This document shows positions 11,103 through 20,559 of a stretch of 64,000 nt of DNA, piece after piece; position 1 is the stretch's first letter, and every line of letters begins with the position of its first letter. The DNA is taken from the NCBI GenBank assembly GCA_023264155.1, contig JALQTD010000001.1:3335-67334 (forward strand), in the 5' to 3' direction. The DNA is from Flavobacteriales bacterium. Lineage in GTDB: Bacteria; Bacteroidota; Bacteroidia; Flavobacteriales_D; Sanyastnellaceae. A program made the translations under genes and the position numbers. Under the pieces are notes generated by a model. That model was not told the origin of the DNA. It saw only the letters and a program-made list of their open reading frames with translations, and made no database searches.

Positions 11103-12986
11103 ATGCAAGCATTGAATGCGCTTTCGGTGGAGGGGTTGACGAAGCGTTTTGGCGAACGCCTCCTGTTTGAAAACCTGACGTTTGGGCTGAGTCAAGGCCA
11201 AAAATCCGCCCTCGTCGCCCGCAACGGCACCGGCAAATCCACCCTGCTGTCCGCCCTCACCGGGGTGGAACCGGCGGATTCCGGAACCGTTAGCTTCGAC
11301 TCGGGCATCCGGTGGGCGATGCTGGCCCAAGACCCCGGCCTCGATGCAGAGCGCAGCATCCTCGACAACTTGTACGCCGGGGACAACGCGGCCGTCAAGG
11401 CCCTGCACGCCTACGAAACGGCGCTGGCCGAAGGGGCTGAAGGCGATGCCTTGCAACGCGCCTACGACGCCATGGACCGCTTCGGCGGCTGGGATTTCGA
11501 GGCCCGGGCGCGGGAAGTGCTTGGGCGGCTGAATTTGCACGACCTCGACCGGCGCGTGGGCACCTTGAGCGGCGGGGAGCAGCGGCGAATCGCGCTGGCG
11601 AAGGTGCTGATCGAGGAGCCGGACTTGTTGTTCTTGGACGAGCCAACGAACCACCTGGACTTGGACATGATCGCGTGGTTGGAGCGGCATTTGGCCCAAA
11701 GCAACACCACCCTGCTCATGGTGACGCACGACCGCTACTTCCTTGAAAACGTGTGCGATACCATTTACGAGCTCGACGACCAAACCCTGTACCTCTACAA
11801 GGGCAATTACAGCTATTTCCTCGAAAAGCGGGTGGAACGGCAGGAAAATGCCCTTGCCCAGCGGGACCGGGCGCGGCGGACCATGCGCCGGGAGCTCGAA
11901 TGGATGCGGCAAACGCCCGCGGCGCGCACCGGCAAATCCAAGGCGCGCATCGACGCGTTTTACGACCTCAAAGCCCGCGCCCGCGTGCGGCTCGAGGAGG
12001 ACCCGATGCACATCGCCCTCAACCCGGCGCGGATGGGCGGCAAGCTGGTGGAACTGCATAAAGTCGGTCACGGCTTCGGCGACCGCGCGCTGTTTTCCAG
12101 CCTGACGCACCACTTCAAAAAGGGAGAACGATTGGGCATTGTGGGAGCCAACGGCGCCGGCAAGTCGACGCTCCTTGACTTGATCGTCGGCCTCGAAGTG
12201 CCGAATCAAGGGAAGGTCGTCATCGGCGAAACCGTGGTGTTCGGCCACTACAGCCAGCACGGTGCCGATTTCCCCGACGGCCTCAAAGTCATCGATGCTG
12301 TGAGGGAAATCGCCGAATTCATGCCCTTGCAGAAAGGTCAGAAATTGACAGCCGTGCAGCTCCTCGAGCGGTTCCTCTTCCCGCGCCACATGCACCACAT
12401 GCACATTTCGGTGTTGAGCGGCGGGGAGAAGAAACGCCTGCACCTCCTGCAGGTGCTGATGCGCAATCCGAATTTCCTGATCCTCGACGAGCCGACGAAC
12501 GATTTGGACATCTTCACCCTGCAGGTGCTCGAGGAATTCCTGCTCGACTTCCCGGGCTGCTTGATCATCGTGTCGCACGACCGGTACTTCATGGACCGCT
12601 TGGTGGAGCACATTTGGGTGCTCGGGGAATCAGGCCAAACCACAATCCGCGACTACCCCGGCAACTACACCCAGTACCGCCTCGCCTACGAAGAAGCCCA
12701 ACGGGACGCCCAACGCGCAGCCCCTCCCAAGCCCACCGCCACCGAAGCCCCCACCGTCAAGAACGACTACTCACAACGGCTCAGCTTCAAGGAGAAATAC
12801 GAGTTCGAGCAGCTCGGCCCGGCCATCGAGGCACTCGAAGCCGAAAAAGCCGCCCTCACCGCTGAGCTCGAACAATCCAATGACCACGAGCGCATCATGG
12901 AAATCAGTGCGCGCCTCACCGACGTCGTCTCCGAGCTGGACGCGTCCGAAATGCGGTGGCTCGAACTCTCCGAGCGGGCTGAGTGA
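11103..12986 (+). CDS. ABC-F family ATPase (Uup/EttA-like, no TM domain)
   Basis: Two ABC cassettes (NGTGKST and ANGAGKST Walker A, two LSGGE signatures), an inter-domain linker and a C-terminal coiled coil. Confidence 0.9.
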   Translation: MQALNALSVEGLTKRFGERLLFENLTFGLSQGQKSALVARNGTGKSTLLSALTGVEPADSGTVSFDSGIRWAMLAQDPGLDAERSILDNLYAGDNAAVKALHAYETALAEGAEGDALQRAYDAMDRFGGWDFEARAREVLGRLNLHDLDRRVGTLSGGEQRRIALAKVLIEEPDLLFLDEPTNHLDLDMIAWLERHLAQSNTTLLMVTHDRYFLENVCDTIYELDDQTLYLYKGNYSYFLEKRVERQENALAQRDRARRTMRRELEWMRQTPAARTGKSKARIDAFYDLKARARVRLEEDPMHIALNPARMGGKLVELHKVGHGFGDRALFSSLTHHFKKGERLGIVGANGAGKSTLLDLIVGLEVPNQGKVVIGETVVFGHYSQHGADFPDGLKVIDAVREIAEFMPLQKGQKLTAVQLLERFLFPRHMHHMHISVLSGGEKKRLHLLQVLMRNPNFLILDEPTNDLDIFTLQVLEEFLLDFPGCLIIVSHDRYFMDRLVEHIWVLGESGQTTIRDYPGNYTQYRLAYEEAQRDAQRAAPPKPTATEAPTVKNDYSQRLSFKEKYEFEQLGPAIEALEAEKAALTAELEQSNDHERIMEISARLTDVVSELDASEMRWLELSERAE

Positions 12987-14057
12987 TTACTGCTGGTCGA
13001 AATCCACCACGTATGGTCCCGGCCCTTTCGGGTGGGACTGGCACGTCAAGATGAATCCCTGCTCCACTTCTTTCGGCTCGAGGGCGTAATTGATGTCCAT
13101 GTCCGCCTTGCCCGAAGTCATCTTCGCCCGGCATGTGCAGCACACCCCGCCCAAGCAAGAGTAAGGCGCATCCAACCCCGCATCGAGCGCAGCATCGAGG
13201 ATGCTTTTGTTTCCTTCCAACTTGACCGTGGTGGTGATGCCATCGAGCACGATGGCCACCTCGTCGGCGCTGCCCTCCTCCACCACTGCTGCTGCCTGCG
13301 CCTTCGCAGGGGCCGACGTGGTGAACAATTCGAAGTGCACCGTGCCTTCCGGCATGCCCGCCTGCTGCAGGACGTCCCGGCAATCGAGGATCATCGCCTC
13401 CGGTCCGCACAAGAACACGCCGTCCGTAGCGGATGGATCGAACATGCCCGCGGCGATCAACGCCCGGCAGCGGTCCGCATCGAGCCGCCCGTGGAAGAGC
13501 TCCGCATCCACGGGCTCCTGGGTCAACAAGTTGAACAACCGAAACCGCTCCATGTACTGGTCCTTCAAGTCCTGCAAGGCTTCCTTGAACATGATGCTCG
13601 CCGACGTTTTGTTCACGTAGAACAAGGTGAACGAGGAGCGGGGTTCCGATTGCAGGATGTGTCGGATTTGGCTCAAAATCGGCGTGATGCCCGAACCGGC
13701 CGCCCTGCCCACGAAATTCCGCTGCGCTTCCGGCTGGGCCTCAAGGGTGAACCGGCCCTGCGGCGGCATGCCTTGGATGACATCGCCCACCTGCAAACTC
13801 CGGTTCACGAACGTCGAGAAGCGTCCGCCGGACACCTCCTTCACCCCCACCCGCAATTCGCCATCTTCCGGCGCGGAACACAGGCTGTAGCTCCGGCGAA
13901 CCGCCTCTCCATTGATGGTATGTTCCAGCGTCAAGTACTGACCGGCCATGAACGAAAAAGCCGCTTGGTCCTCCGCGGGCGCCTCAAAACGAATCGATAC
14001 GCTGTCGGCGGTTTCACGCCGCACTTCCGTCACTTGCAGGGGGTAGAATCGTGTCAT
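12987..14057 (-). CDS. paaE: Phenylacetyl-CoA epoxidase reductase subunit (FNR-like + 2Fe-2S ferredoxin)
   Basis: RRSYSLCS and GSGITP FNR motifs plus the C-terminal ferredoxin CLGGVCCTC...LTCQSHP. Sits divergent to paaABCD. ATG 14057 lies 6 nt after a TATTTTTG box. Confidence 0.85.
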   Translation of the reverse strand: MTRFYPLQVTEVRRETADSVSIRFEAPAEDQAAFSFMAGQYLTLEHTINGEAVRRSYSLCSAPEDGELRVGVKEVSGGRFSTFVNRSLQVGDVIQGMPPQGRFTLEAQPEAQRNFVGRAAGSGITPILSQIRHILQSEPRSSFTLFYVNKTSASIMFKEALQDLKDQYMERFRLFNLLTQEPVDAELFHGRLDADRCRALIAAGMFDPSATDGVFLCGPEAMILDCRDVLQQAGMPEGTVHFELFTTSAPAKAQAAAVVEEGSADEVAIVLDGITTTVKLEGNKSILDAALDAGLDAPYSCLGGVCCTCRAKMTSGKADMDINYALEPKEVEQGFILTCQSHPKGPGPYVVDFDQQ

Positions 14058-14063
14058 CGGGCG

Positions 14064-14071
14064 CAAAAATA
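14064..14071 (-). promoter_or_regulatory. -7 box TATTTTTG, 6 nt before the paaE ATG
   Basis: TATTTTTG-CGCCCG-ATG. Confidence 0.55.
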
Positions 14072-14140
14072 GCGCAGGAACAGCGATGTCTGAAGCCGAG
14101 GAATGCGATCCGCGTCAGAACCAACCGGCGGGGCTCGTTG

Positions 14141-14148
14141 TATCTTTG
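14141..14148 (+). promoter_or_regulatory. -7 box TATCTTTG, 5 nt before the paaA ATG
   Basis: TATCTTTG-ACACC-ATG. Confidence 0.55.
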
Positions 14149-14153
14149 ACACC

Positions 14154-15092
14154 ATGAACATGAACGAGCGCTTTGAAGCCTACATCGCCTCCGACGCGAA
14201 GATTGAGCCGAAGGATTGGATGCCCGATGCGTATCGGAAAACCTTGATCCGTCAAATCAGCCAGCACGCGCACAGCGAAGTGGTCGGCATGTTGCCCGAA
14301 GGAAATTGGGTCACACGTGCCCCGAGTTTGCTGCGCAAATCCATCCTGCTTGCTAAAGTGCAAGACGAGGCGGGGCACGGCTTGTACCTCTACTCGGCGT
14401 GCGAGACCCTGGGGGTGTCGCGGGATGACTTGATCGCTGATTTGCATTCAGGTAAGGCCAAATACAGCTCCATTTTCAACTACCCCGCCACGAGCTGGGC
14501 CGACATGGGCACCATCGGGTGGCTCGTCGACGGCGCAGCCATCATGAACCAAGTCCCCTTGTGCAAGACCAGCTATGGTCCCTATGCACGGGCCATGGTT
14601 CGGGTGTGCAAGGAAGAGAGCTTCCACCAACGGCAAGGCTTCCAAATCCTGTTGGCCCTTTGCAACGGAACCGAGGAGCAAAAAGCGATGGCCCAAGAAT
14701 CCATCAACCGGTGGTGGTGGCCCGCTTTGATGATGTTCGGTCCCCGCGACGAAGATTCACAGCACACCGAGGAATCCATGCGGTGGCGCATCAAACGCTT
14801 CACCAACGACGAGTTGCGCCAAAAGTTCATCGACATGACGGTGCCCCAAGCGGAATTGCTCGGGCTCACCATCCCCGACCCCGATTTGAAGTGGAACGAG
14901 GAGCGCGGCCACTACGATTTTGGCGAAATCAATTGGGAAGAGTTCTACCACGTCATCCGGGGCAACGGACCGTGCAACAAGGAACGCATCGCCGCCCGCC
15001 AACAAGCGCACGACGAAGGTGCATGGGTGCGGGAGGCAGCCCTCGCTCATTCAAAAAAGCGCGCCGCGCAATCATCCACCCACGCAGCATGA
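14154..15092 (+). CDS. paaA: 1,2-phenylacetyl-CoA epoxidase catalytic subunit A
   Basis: Di-iron oxygenase blocks [17 protein letters not shown] and [13 protein letters not shown]. Start at MNMNERF (14154), 5 nt after a TATCTTTG box. Confidence 0.9.
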   Translation: MNMNERFEAYIASDAKIEPKDWMPDAYRKTLIRQISQHAHSEVVGMLPEGNWVTRAPSLLRKSILLAKVQDEAGHGLYLYSACETLGVSRDDLIADLHSGKAKYSSIFNYPATSWADMGTIGWLVDGAAIMNQVPLCKTSYGPYARAMVRVCKEESFHQRQGFQILLALCNGTEEQKAMAQESINRWWWPALMMFGPRDEDSQHTEESMRWRIKRFTNDELRQKFIDMTVPQAELLGLTIPDPDLKWNEERGHYDFGEINWEEFYHVIRGNGPCNKERIAARQQAHDEGAWVREAALAHSKKRAAQSSTHAA

Positions 15093-15379
15093 ACGCATCC
15101 AACGCCTGGCCCCTCTGGGAAGTCTTTGTACGCAGCCGCCAAGGGCTGAGCCACCGCCACGTGGGCAGCTTGCACGCCCCCGACGCCGAAATGGCCATCC
15201 AAAACGCTCGCGACGTCTACACCCGTCGCCAGGAAGGCGTGAGCATTTGGGTCCTCCCCGCATCTGCCATCACCGCCTCCTCTCCTGCCGACAAGGACTG
15301 CCTGTTCGAACCGGCGAACGATAAAATCTACCGCCACCCCACGTTCTATGATTTGCCGGACGAAGTGAAGAACATGTGA
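15089..15379 (+). CDS. paaB: 1,2-phenylacetyl-CoA epoxidase subunit B
   Basis: 96 aa, [16 protein letters not shown]...[10 protein letters not shown]. It lies in the tail of track ORF 14519..15379. ATGA overlap with paaA. Confidence 0.85.
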   Translation: MNASNAWPLWEVFVRSRQGLSHRHVGSLHAPDAEMAIQNARDVYTRRQEGVSIWVLPASAITASSPADKDCLFEPANDKIYRHPTFYDLPDEVKNM

Positions 15380-16137
15380 TGGCAGCACAGGAACACATCC
15401 GATACATCGCACGCCTTGGCGACGACGCCGTCGTGCTTGGGCAACGGCTCAGCGAGTGGTGCGGCCACGGCCCCATCCTGGAGGAAGACATCGCTTTGAC
15501 GAACCTTTCGCTGGACTACATCGGGCAGGCACGGGCGCTGTACACCCACGCCGGGGCCCTCGAGGCGCAGGGTCACGGCGAGGACCATTTCGCCTACTTC
15601 CGGGATGAGGAAGCATTCGAGAACCACTTGATGGTCGAGCTGCCGAAGGGCGATTTTGGCTTCACGGTGATGCGCCAGTTCCTGTTCGCCACCTTTGCCT
15701 ACTTGCGGATGGAGGCGCTTGCAGGCCAAACAACCGACCCCGAGCTCGCCGCCATCGCTGCCAAATCCGTGAAGGAGCTCCGCTACCACGTCGAGCATGC
15801 CCGCGATTGGGTGGTTCGATTGGGCGACGGCACGGCCGAAAGCCGTGAGCGGTTGCACCGGTCCCTTGAGCAGCTCTGGCCTTACACCGGAGAGCTCTTC
15901 ACCCCGGATGCGGTCGATACCTGGGCAGAAACTGCCGGGATGGCACCGGATTTGGCCCGCCTGAAAGCCCGGTGGGACGACGTGATTACGGCCGCCTTGA
16001 CGGAGGCTACCCTTGGACGCCCGGAGGACGGTTGGATGCAAGCTGGGGGGAAGGCCGGACGTCACACTGAACATTTGGGCTACCTGCTGGCTGAAATGCA
16101 AAGCTTGGCCCGCAAGCATCCGGGGGTCACATGGTGA
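15376..16137 (+). CDS. paaC: 1,2-phenylacetyl-CoA epoxidase subunit C
   Basis: 253 aa ferritin-like structural subunit (LGDDAVVLGQRLSEWCGHGPILEEDIALTN). ATGA overlap with paaB. Confidence 0.85.
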   Translation: MMAAQEHIRYIARLGDDAVVLGQRLSEWCGHGPILEEDIALTNLSLDYIGQARALYTHAGALEAQGHGEDHFAYFRDEEAFENHLMVELPKGDFGFTVMRQFLFATFAYLRMEALAGQTTDPELAAIAAKSVKELRYHVEHARDWVVRLGDGTAESRERLHRSLEQLWPYTGELFTPDAVDTWAETAGMAPDLARLKARWDDVITAALTEATLGRPEDGWMQAGGKAGRHTEHLGYLLAEMQSLARKHPGVTW

Positions 16138-16625
16138 GTCCCCCGGATGAACGGGACGTTTGGAAGCAGCTCGCAACGGTTGTCGATCCCGAGCTGCCTT
16201 TTTTAAATGTGGTCGAGATGGGCATGGTGCGGGAGGTAGTCCCCTCCGAGGCCGGAGGTTGGCTGGTGCGGATCACCCCCACGTATTCGGGCTGTCCCGC
16301 CACCGATGTCATCATGCAAGACATTCGACGTGTTTTGAGCGCATTGACTGCGGATGTGGAGGTCGAAGTGGTGCACCACCCGGCGTGGACGACGGATTGG
16401 ATCGGCGAGGAGGCACGCGAGAAAATGTCGGCCCACGGCATCGCTCCTCCCATCGGCAGCCACGCCGACAAGTCGTTTCTTTTGGGCAAAAAACAAACGG
16501 TCCCCTGTCCCCTGTGCGGCAGCACTTCCACTCGACTCGTAAGCGCCTTCGGCTCAACCGCTTGCAAGGCGCACTACACGTGCAACGATTGCCTCGAGCC
16601 GTTCGATCACTTCAAGTGCTTCTGA
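16131..16625 (+). CDS. paaD: Phenylacetate-CoA oxygenase subunit PaaD (PaaJ)
   Basis: SufT/PaaD-like domain (VDPELPFLNVVEMGMV, TPTYSGCPA) plus a C-terminal Cys cluster CPLCGS...CNDC. 7-nt overlap with paaC. Confidence 0.85.
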   Translation: MVSPPDERDVWKQLATVVDPELPFLNVVEMGMVREVVPSEAGGWLVRITPTYSGCPATDVIMQDIRRVLSALTADVEVEVVHHPAWTTDWIGEEAREKMSAHGIAPPIGSHADKSFLLGKKQTVPCPLCGSTSTRLVSAFGSTACKAHYTCNDCLEPFDHFKCF

Positions 16626-16628
16626 CAC

Positions 16629-18395
16629 TCAAGACGCATCCAACGCCGTGAATTGCTGCTCGAACAAGTTGCTGTAGACTCCGGCTGCCTTCACCAAATC
16701 CTGGTGCGTCCCCTGCTCGACGAGTTCCCCCGCTTCGAACACGAAGATGGCATCTGCCTCCTGCACGGTGCTGAGCCGGTGGGCCACCACCAAGCTCGTG
16801 CGGCCTTGGGTGATGCTGCGGGTTGCTTCCTGGATCAACCGTTCACTCTCGGAATCGATGGAAGACGTTGCCTCGTCGAGCACAAGCACGGCCGGTTTCA
16901 CCACGTAGGCCCGCATGAAGGCGATCAATTGGCGCTGCCCCACGGAAAGGGAGGCACCCCGCTCTCGGACTTCGGTGTCCCAGCCCTGCGGCAACTGCTC
17001 GATGAACCCATCGGCCCCAACCGCCCGTGCCGCCTCGTGTAAGGCCGCGTCGGACACGCTGTCATCGTAGAGGGTGACGTTGTTGCGAAGCGTATCAGAG
17101 AACAGGAACACTTCTTGGGAAACCAGTCCCACCCGACGGCGCAAGAAGTCGAGGGGAATGTCGCGCAAATCCACGCCATCGATGGTGATGCGGCCGCGCT
17201 GGGGCTCGTAGAACCGGGAGATGAGGGAGATGACCGTCGACTTGCCGGCGCCGGTGGCACCGACGAAGGCCACCGTGTTGCCAGGGGCGATGGTGAAGGA
17301 GACGCCGCGGAGGACCCAGTCTTCGTCTTTGTAGGCGAACCAAACGTCTTCGAAGGTGATGGCGGCGTGGAACGGCACGGCGGTGTTTTGGCCCGCATCG
17401 GCCATCTCATCCTCACGACGCAACAACTTGAACACCCGCTCGGAATTGACGATGCCCATTTGCAACACGTTGAAGCGGTCGGCCAACTGCCGGATCGGCC
17501 GGTACAGCATGAACACGTACAAAATGAATTGCAACAGGGCGCCCAAGGTCATTCGTTCGCCCAACACATCGCCGAGTCCGAACCACATAAGCAAGGCCAC
17601 GCTCGAGGCGCTCAGGAGTTCCACGAGCGGAAAGAACACACTGAAGGCCCAGATGCTTCGGATGTTGGCGGAGCGGTGCGCCTCATTGAGCTTGCTGAAG
17701 CGGTCGGCTTCCCGTGCTTCGCGGTTGAACGCTTGCACGATGTGCATCCCCGTGACGTGTTCTTGCACGAATTCGTTCATGCGCGAGACTTGGTTGCGCA
17801 CGTCGACGAAGGCCTTTTTGATCGCTTTCTGAAAGATGCGTGTGGCCCAAATCAGCAGCGGAATGGGGGCCAAGGCCAGCAACGCCCATTGCCAGTCCAA
17901 CCAGAACATCGCCGCGATGACCACCGTCAAAGCGAGCAAATCGCCCACTGCATTCAAGATGCCATTGGAAAAGACGTTGCTGATGCCATCGATGTCGCTG
18001 ACGTGACGCGTCACCAGGGTGCCGACCGGGGTCGTGTCGTAGAAAGGGAGCTTGAACGGCATGACTTTGCGGAAGAGTTTGGTCCGCAAATCCAACGACA
18101 CCGACTCGGCCACCCAATTCGCCAAATACGTCACCCGGTATTGCAGCAAGGCCTCCACCAACAGGACGCCGATGACCGCGAGGAACACCGCCAGCAGCCC
18201 CTCGGCATTCCCTTCGGCAATCTCGACATCCACCGCGCGACGGATCAAGGCGGGTCGCACCCAAATCAAGCCGCTCAACCCCACGACCAGCAAGCCCGTG
18301 ATGGTGAAACGGCGGCGATACGGAGCGGCCTGGCGGAGCAAGAGCCCGAGCAATTCCCGATCAAACACCTTTCCCGCTCGTTTCGAATCGCTCAT
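16629..18395 (-). CDS. ABC exporter, fused permease/ATPase (MsbA-like)
   Basis: N-terminal 6-TM domain and C-terminal NBD with GATGAGKST, LSVGQRQ and VLVLDEATS. Confidence 0.9.
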   Translation of the reverse strand: MSDSKRAGKVFDRELLGLLLRQAAPYRRRFTITGLLVVGLSGLIWVRPALIRRAVDVEIAEGNAEGLLAVFLAVIGVLLVEALLQYRVTYLANWVAESVSLDLRTKLFRKVMPFKLPFYDTTPVGTLVTRHVSDIDGISNVFSNGILNAVGDLLALTVVIAAMFWLDWQWALLALAPIPLLIWATRIFQKAIKKAFVDVRNQVSRMNEFVQEHVTGMHIVQAFNREAREADRFSKLNEAHRSANIRSIWAFSVFFPLVELLSASSVALLMWFGLGDVLGERMTLGALLQFILYVFMLYRPIRQLADRFNVLQMGIVNSERVFKLLRREDEMADAGQNTAVPFHAAITFEDVWFAYKDEDWVLRGVSFTIAPGNTVAFVGATGAGKSTVISLISRFYEPQRGRITIDGVDLRDIPLDFLRRRVGLVSQEVFLFSDTLRNNVTLYDDSVSDAALHEAARAVGADGFIEQLPQGWDTEVRERGASLSVGQRQLIAFMRAYVVKPAVLVLDEATSSIDSESERLIQEATRSITQGRTSLVVAHRLSTVQEADAIFVFEAGELVEQGTHQDLVKAAGVYSNLFEQQFTALDAS

Positions 18396-18399
18396 GCCG

Positions 18400-18407
18400 C
18401 GAATTTA
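18400..18407 (-). promoter_or_regulatory. -7-like box TAAATTCG, 4 nt before the ABC exporter ATG; its TAA is the truA stop codon
   Basis: TAAATTCG-CGGC-ATG. The truA ORF ends at 18405-18407. Confidence 0.5.
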
Positions 18408-19214
18408 CGCCCCGAGTTCAACCGATTCCGCCTTTCGCTCCCAAACATCCTGCGGATAGGCGACGTGGCTCAGGAACAGCCCATCGGAAGGGGCTGATTT
18501 GCCCGCTTCTGAGCGATCCGCACTGGCCAAAACCCGTTCCACATCCGAAGCCTCGCGCCGGCCCGTACCCACCTCGAGCAACGTCCCCATCACCGCCCGC
18601 ACCATGTTGCGCAAGAAGCGATCCGCCGCGATGTCCAGGCGGTACCTGCTCGGGCTGACTTGGGTAAATGAGCAGTGGCGCACATCGCACAGGGTGGTTT
18701 GGGCCCCGCTCCCCGCCTTGCAGAATGCGCCGAAATCGCCTTGACGCACGAGCAGGGAAGCGGCCTGTTGCATCGCCGCCACGTCCAAGGGGTGGTAAAT
18801 CCGCGTGGATCGGCCGGTCAGAAACGGGTCCTTGGCCGTGTGAAGCCAATACGTGTAGGCGCGTTCTTTGGCGCTGAACCGTGCGTGGGCATTCGCGGCC
18901 ACGGGCGCCACGTGAAAGATGGCGATCTCCGGAGGGAGTACCCCATTGAGTTTGTGGACCAATCGGTCCCAATCAGGCAAGCGGTCCGTTCCCACAGGGT
19001 TGTGTGCGAACTGCACGTGCGCGACATAATAAGCGGCGTGAACGCCCGTGTCCGTGCGGCCGCATCCCACCACCGCCACCCGCTCGCGGGTCAGGCGTTC
19101 AAAGGCCTCTTCGAGGACTTGTTGCACCGAAATGCTGTGCGGCTGCCGTTGCCACCCGTGAAACGGTCGCCCGTCGTATGCCAGCTCGATGAAAGCCCGG
19201 GTCGGTTCGCTCAT
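18405..19214 (-). CDS. truA: tRNA pseudouridine(38-40) synthase
   Basis: 269 aa. LAYDGRPFHGWQRQ and the catalytic GCGRTDTGVHA motif. Confidence 0.9.
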   Translation of the reverse strand: MSEPTRAFIELAYDGRPFHGWQRQPHSISVQQVLEEAFERLTRERVAVVGCGRTDTGVHAAYYVAHVQFAHNPVGTDRLPDWDRLVHKLNGVLPPEIAIFHVAPVAANAHARFSAKERAYTYWLHTAKDPFLTGRSTRIYHPLDVAAMQQAASLLVRQGDFGAFCKAGSGAQTTLCDVRHCSFTQVSPSRYRLDIAADRFLRNMVRAVMGTLLEVGTGRREASDVERVLASADRSEAGKSAPSDGLFLSHVAYPQDVWERKAESVELGA

Positions 19215-19218
19215 GGTG

Positions 19219-19226
19219 CAAAGATA
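19219..19226 (-). promoter_or_regulatory. -7 box TATCTTTG, 4 nt before the truA ATG, fused to the upstream terminator U-tract
   Basis: ...GCACCGGGGTGTT-TATCTTTG-CACC-ATG. Confidence 0.6.
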
Positions 19227-19267
19227 AACACCCCGGTGCAGGGCTGTGGCGCCGCACCGGGGTGTTT
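19226..19267 (-). terminator. Intrinsic terminator after the oxoamine synthase gene
   Basis: Perfect 14-bp arms AAACACCCCGGTGC / GCACCGGGGTGTTT with a 14-nt loop. On the minus strand TTTATCTTT follows. Confidence 0.75.
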
Positions 19268-19285
19268 CATGGGGTCAAGCGTGCA

Positions 19286-20530
19286 TCAGGCCCAAGAAGC
19301 GATGGACTCGCTCTTGTACTCTCCGGCGAACAATTTCGCCTTGACCTTTTTGAACGTTTCAATCGTGTATTGCACGTCCTCGAGGGTGTGCACGGCCGTC
19401 GGAATGAGGCGGAGCATGATGGTGTCCTTCGGCACCACGGGATACACCACGATGGAACAGAAGATGCCGTAATTCTCGCGCAAATCCAGCGTCAAATTCG
19501 TTGCTTCACCCAATCCGCCTGACAGGAATACCGGGGTCACGCAGGAGTTCGTTACACCGATGTTGAAACCCTCTGCCTTCAAGCCCTCTTGCAAAGCCGT
19601 TGCGATTTCCCACAACTTGGCTTTGTGCTCAGGCTGGGTGCGCATCATTTCGAGGCGCTTCTGGGCACCGATCACGATGGGCATGGGCAAGGACTTGGCG
19701 AAGGTTTGCGAACGCATGTTGTAGCGCAGGTAATCGATGACATCCTCATCACCTGCCACAAAGGCGCCGATGGTGGCCATGGCCTTGGCGAAGGTGCCGA
19801 AGTACACATCGATTTGGTCTTGGACGCCTTGTGCATCACCGGTTCCACGACCGTCCTCTCCAACAGTTCCAAATCCGTGGGCATCGTCTACAAACAACCG
19901 GAATTGGTACTCTTCTTTGTAGGCACAAATCTCAGCGAGCTTGCCTTGGTCACCGGCCATGCCGAAGACCCCCTCGGTCACCACGAGGATGCCACCACCG
20001 GTCTGCTTGCACAACTCACGCGCCCGGTCGAGCTGCTTTTTGAAGCTCTCCATGTCGTTGTGTTGGAACACAAAGCGCTTTCCTTGGTGCAGCCGCACAC
20101 CATCGACCATGCACGCATGCGACTCGCTGTCATACACGATGACATCGTGGCGACTCACGAGCGCTTCGATGGCAGATTGGCATCCCTGGTAGCCGTAGTT
20201 CAGCAGGAAGGCATCCTCCTTTTGCATGAAATCGGCCAGCTGCTCTTCCAGCAGTTCGTGCTGGGAGGTTTGGCCGGACATCATGCGCGCGCCCATGGGA
20301 TAGCCCATGCCCCACTCAGCGGAGGCATCGGCGTCCACCTTCCGGACTTCCGGATGGTTCGACAATCCGAGGTAGTTGTTGATGGACCAAACCAGCACTT
20401 CCTTTCCACGGAACATCATGCGGTTTGAAATGTCGCCTTCCAACTTAGGGAAGGTAAAGTACCCGTGGCTCTCCCGGGCGTGTTGGCCCAATGGGCCCCG
20501 ATCCTTGCGGATGCGATCAAAGATGTCCAA
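19286..20530 (-). CDS. PLP-dependent alpha-oxoamine synthase, serine-palmitoyltransferase/cysteate-acyltransferase-like
   Basis: 414 aa. The N-terminus HGYFTFPKLEG....MMFRGKEVLVWSINNYLGL resembles the Spt/SulA branch more than BioF/Kbl. A GTFAKA Lys motif is present. Starts with TTG (MDIFDRI), with no in-frame ATG nearby. Confidence 0.8.
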   Translation of the reverse strand: MDIFDRIRKDRGPLGQHARESHGYFTFPKLEGDISNRMMFRGKEVLVWSINNYLGLSNHPEVRKVDADASAEWGMGYPMGARMMSGQTSQHELLEEQLADFMQKEDAFLLNYGYQGCQSAIEALVSRHDVIVYDSESHACMVDGVRLHQGKRFVFQHNDMESFKKQLDRARELCKQTGGGILVVTEGVFGMAGDQGKLAEICAYKEEYQFRLFVDDAHGFGTVGEDGRGTGDAQGVQDQIDVYFGTFAKAMATIGAFVAGDEDVIDYLRYNMRSQTFAKSLPMPIVIGAQKRLEMMRTQPEHKAKLWEIATALQEGLKAEGFNIGVTNSCVTPVFLSGGLGEATNLTLDLRENYGIFCSIVVYPVVPKDTIMLRLIPTAVHTLEDVQYTIETFKKVKAKLFAGEYKSESIASWA

Positions 20531-20551
20531 AAGCTAGCGATTTTGAGGCCG

Positions 20552-20559
20552 CAAAGATA
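20552..20559 (-). promoter_or_regulatory. -7 box TATCTTTG, 21 nt before the TTG start of the oxoamine synthase gene
   Basis: Perfect TAnnTTTG in the divergent intergenic region. Confidence 0.5.
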
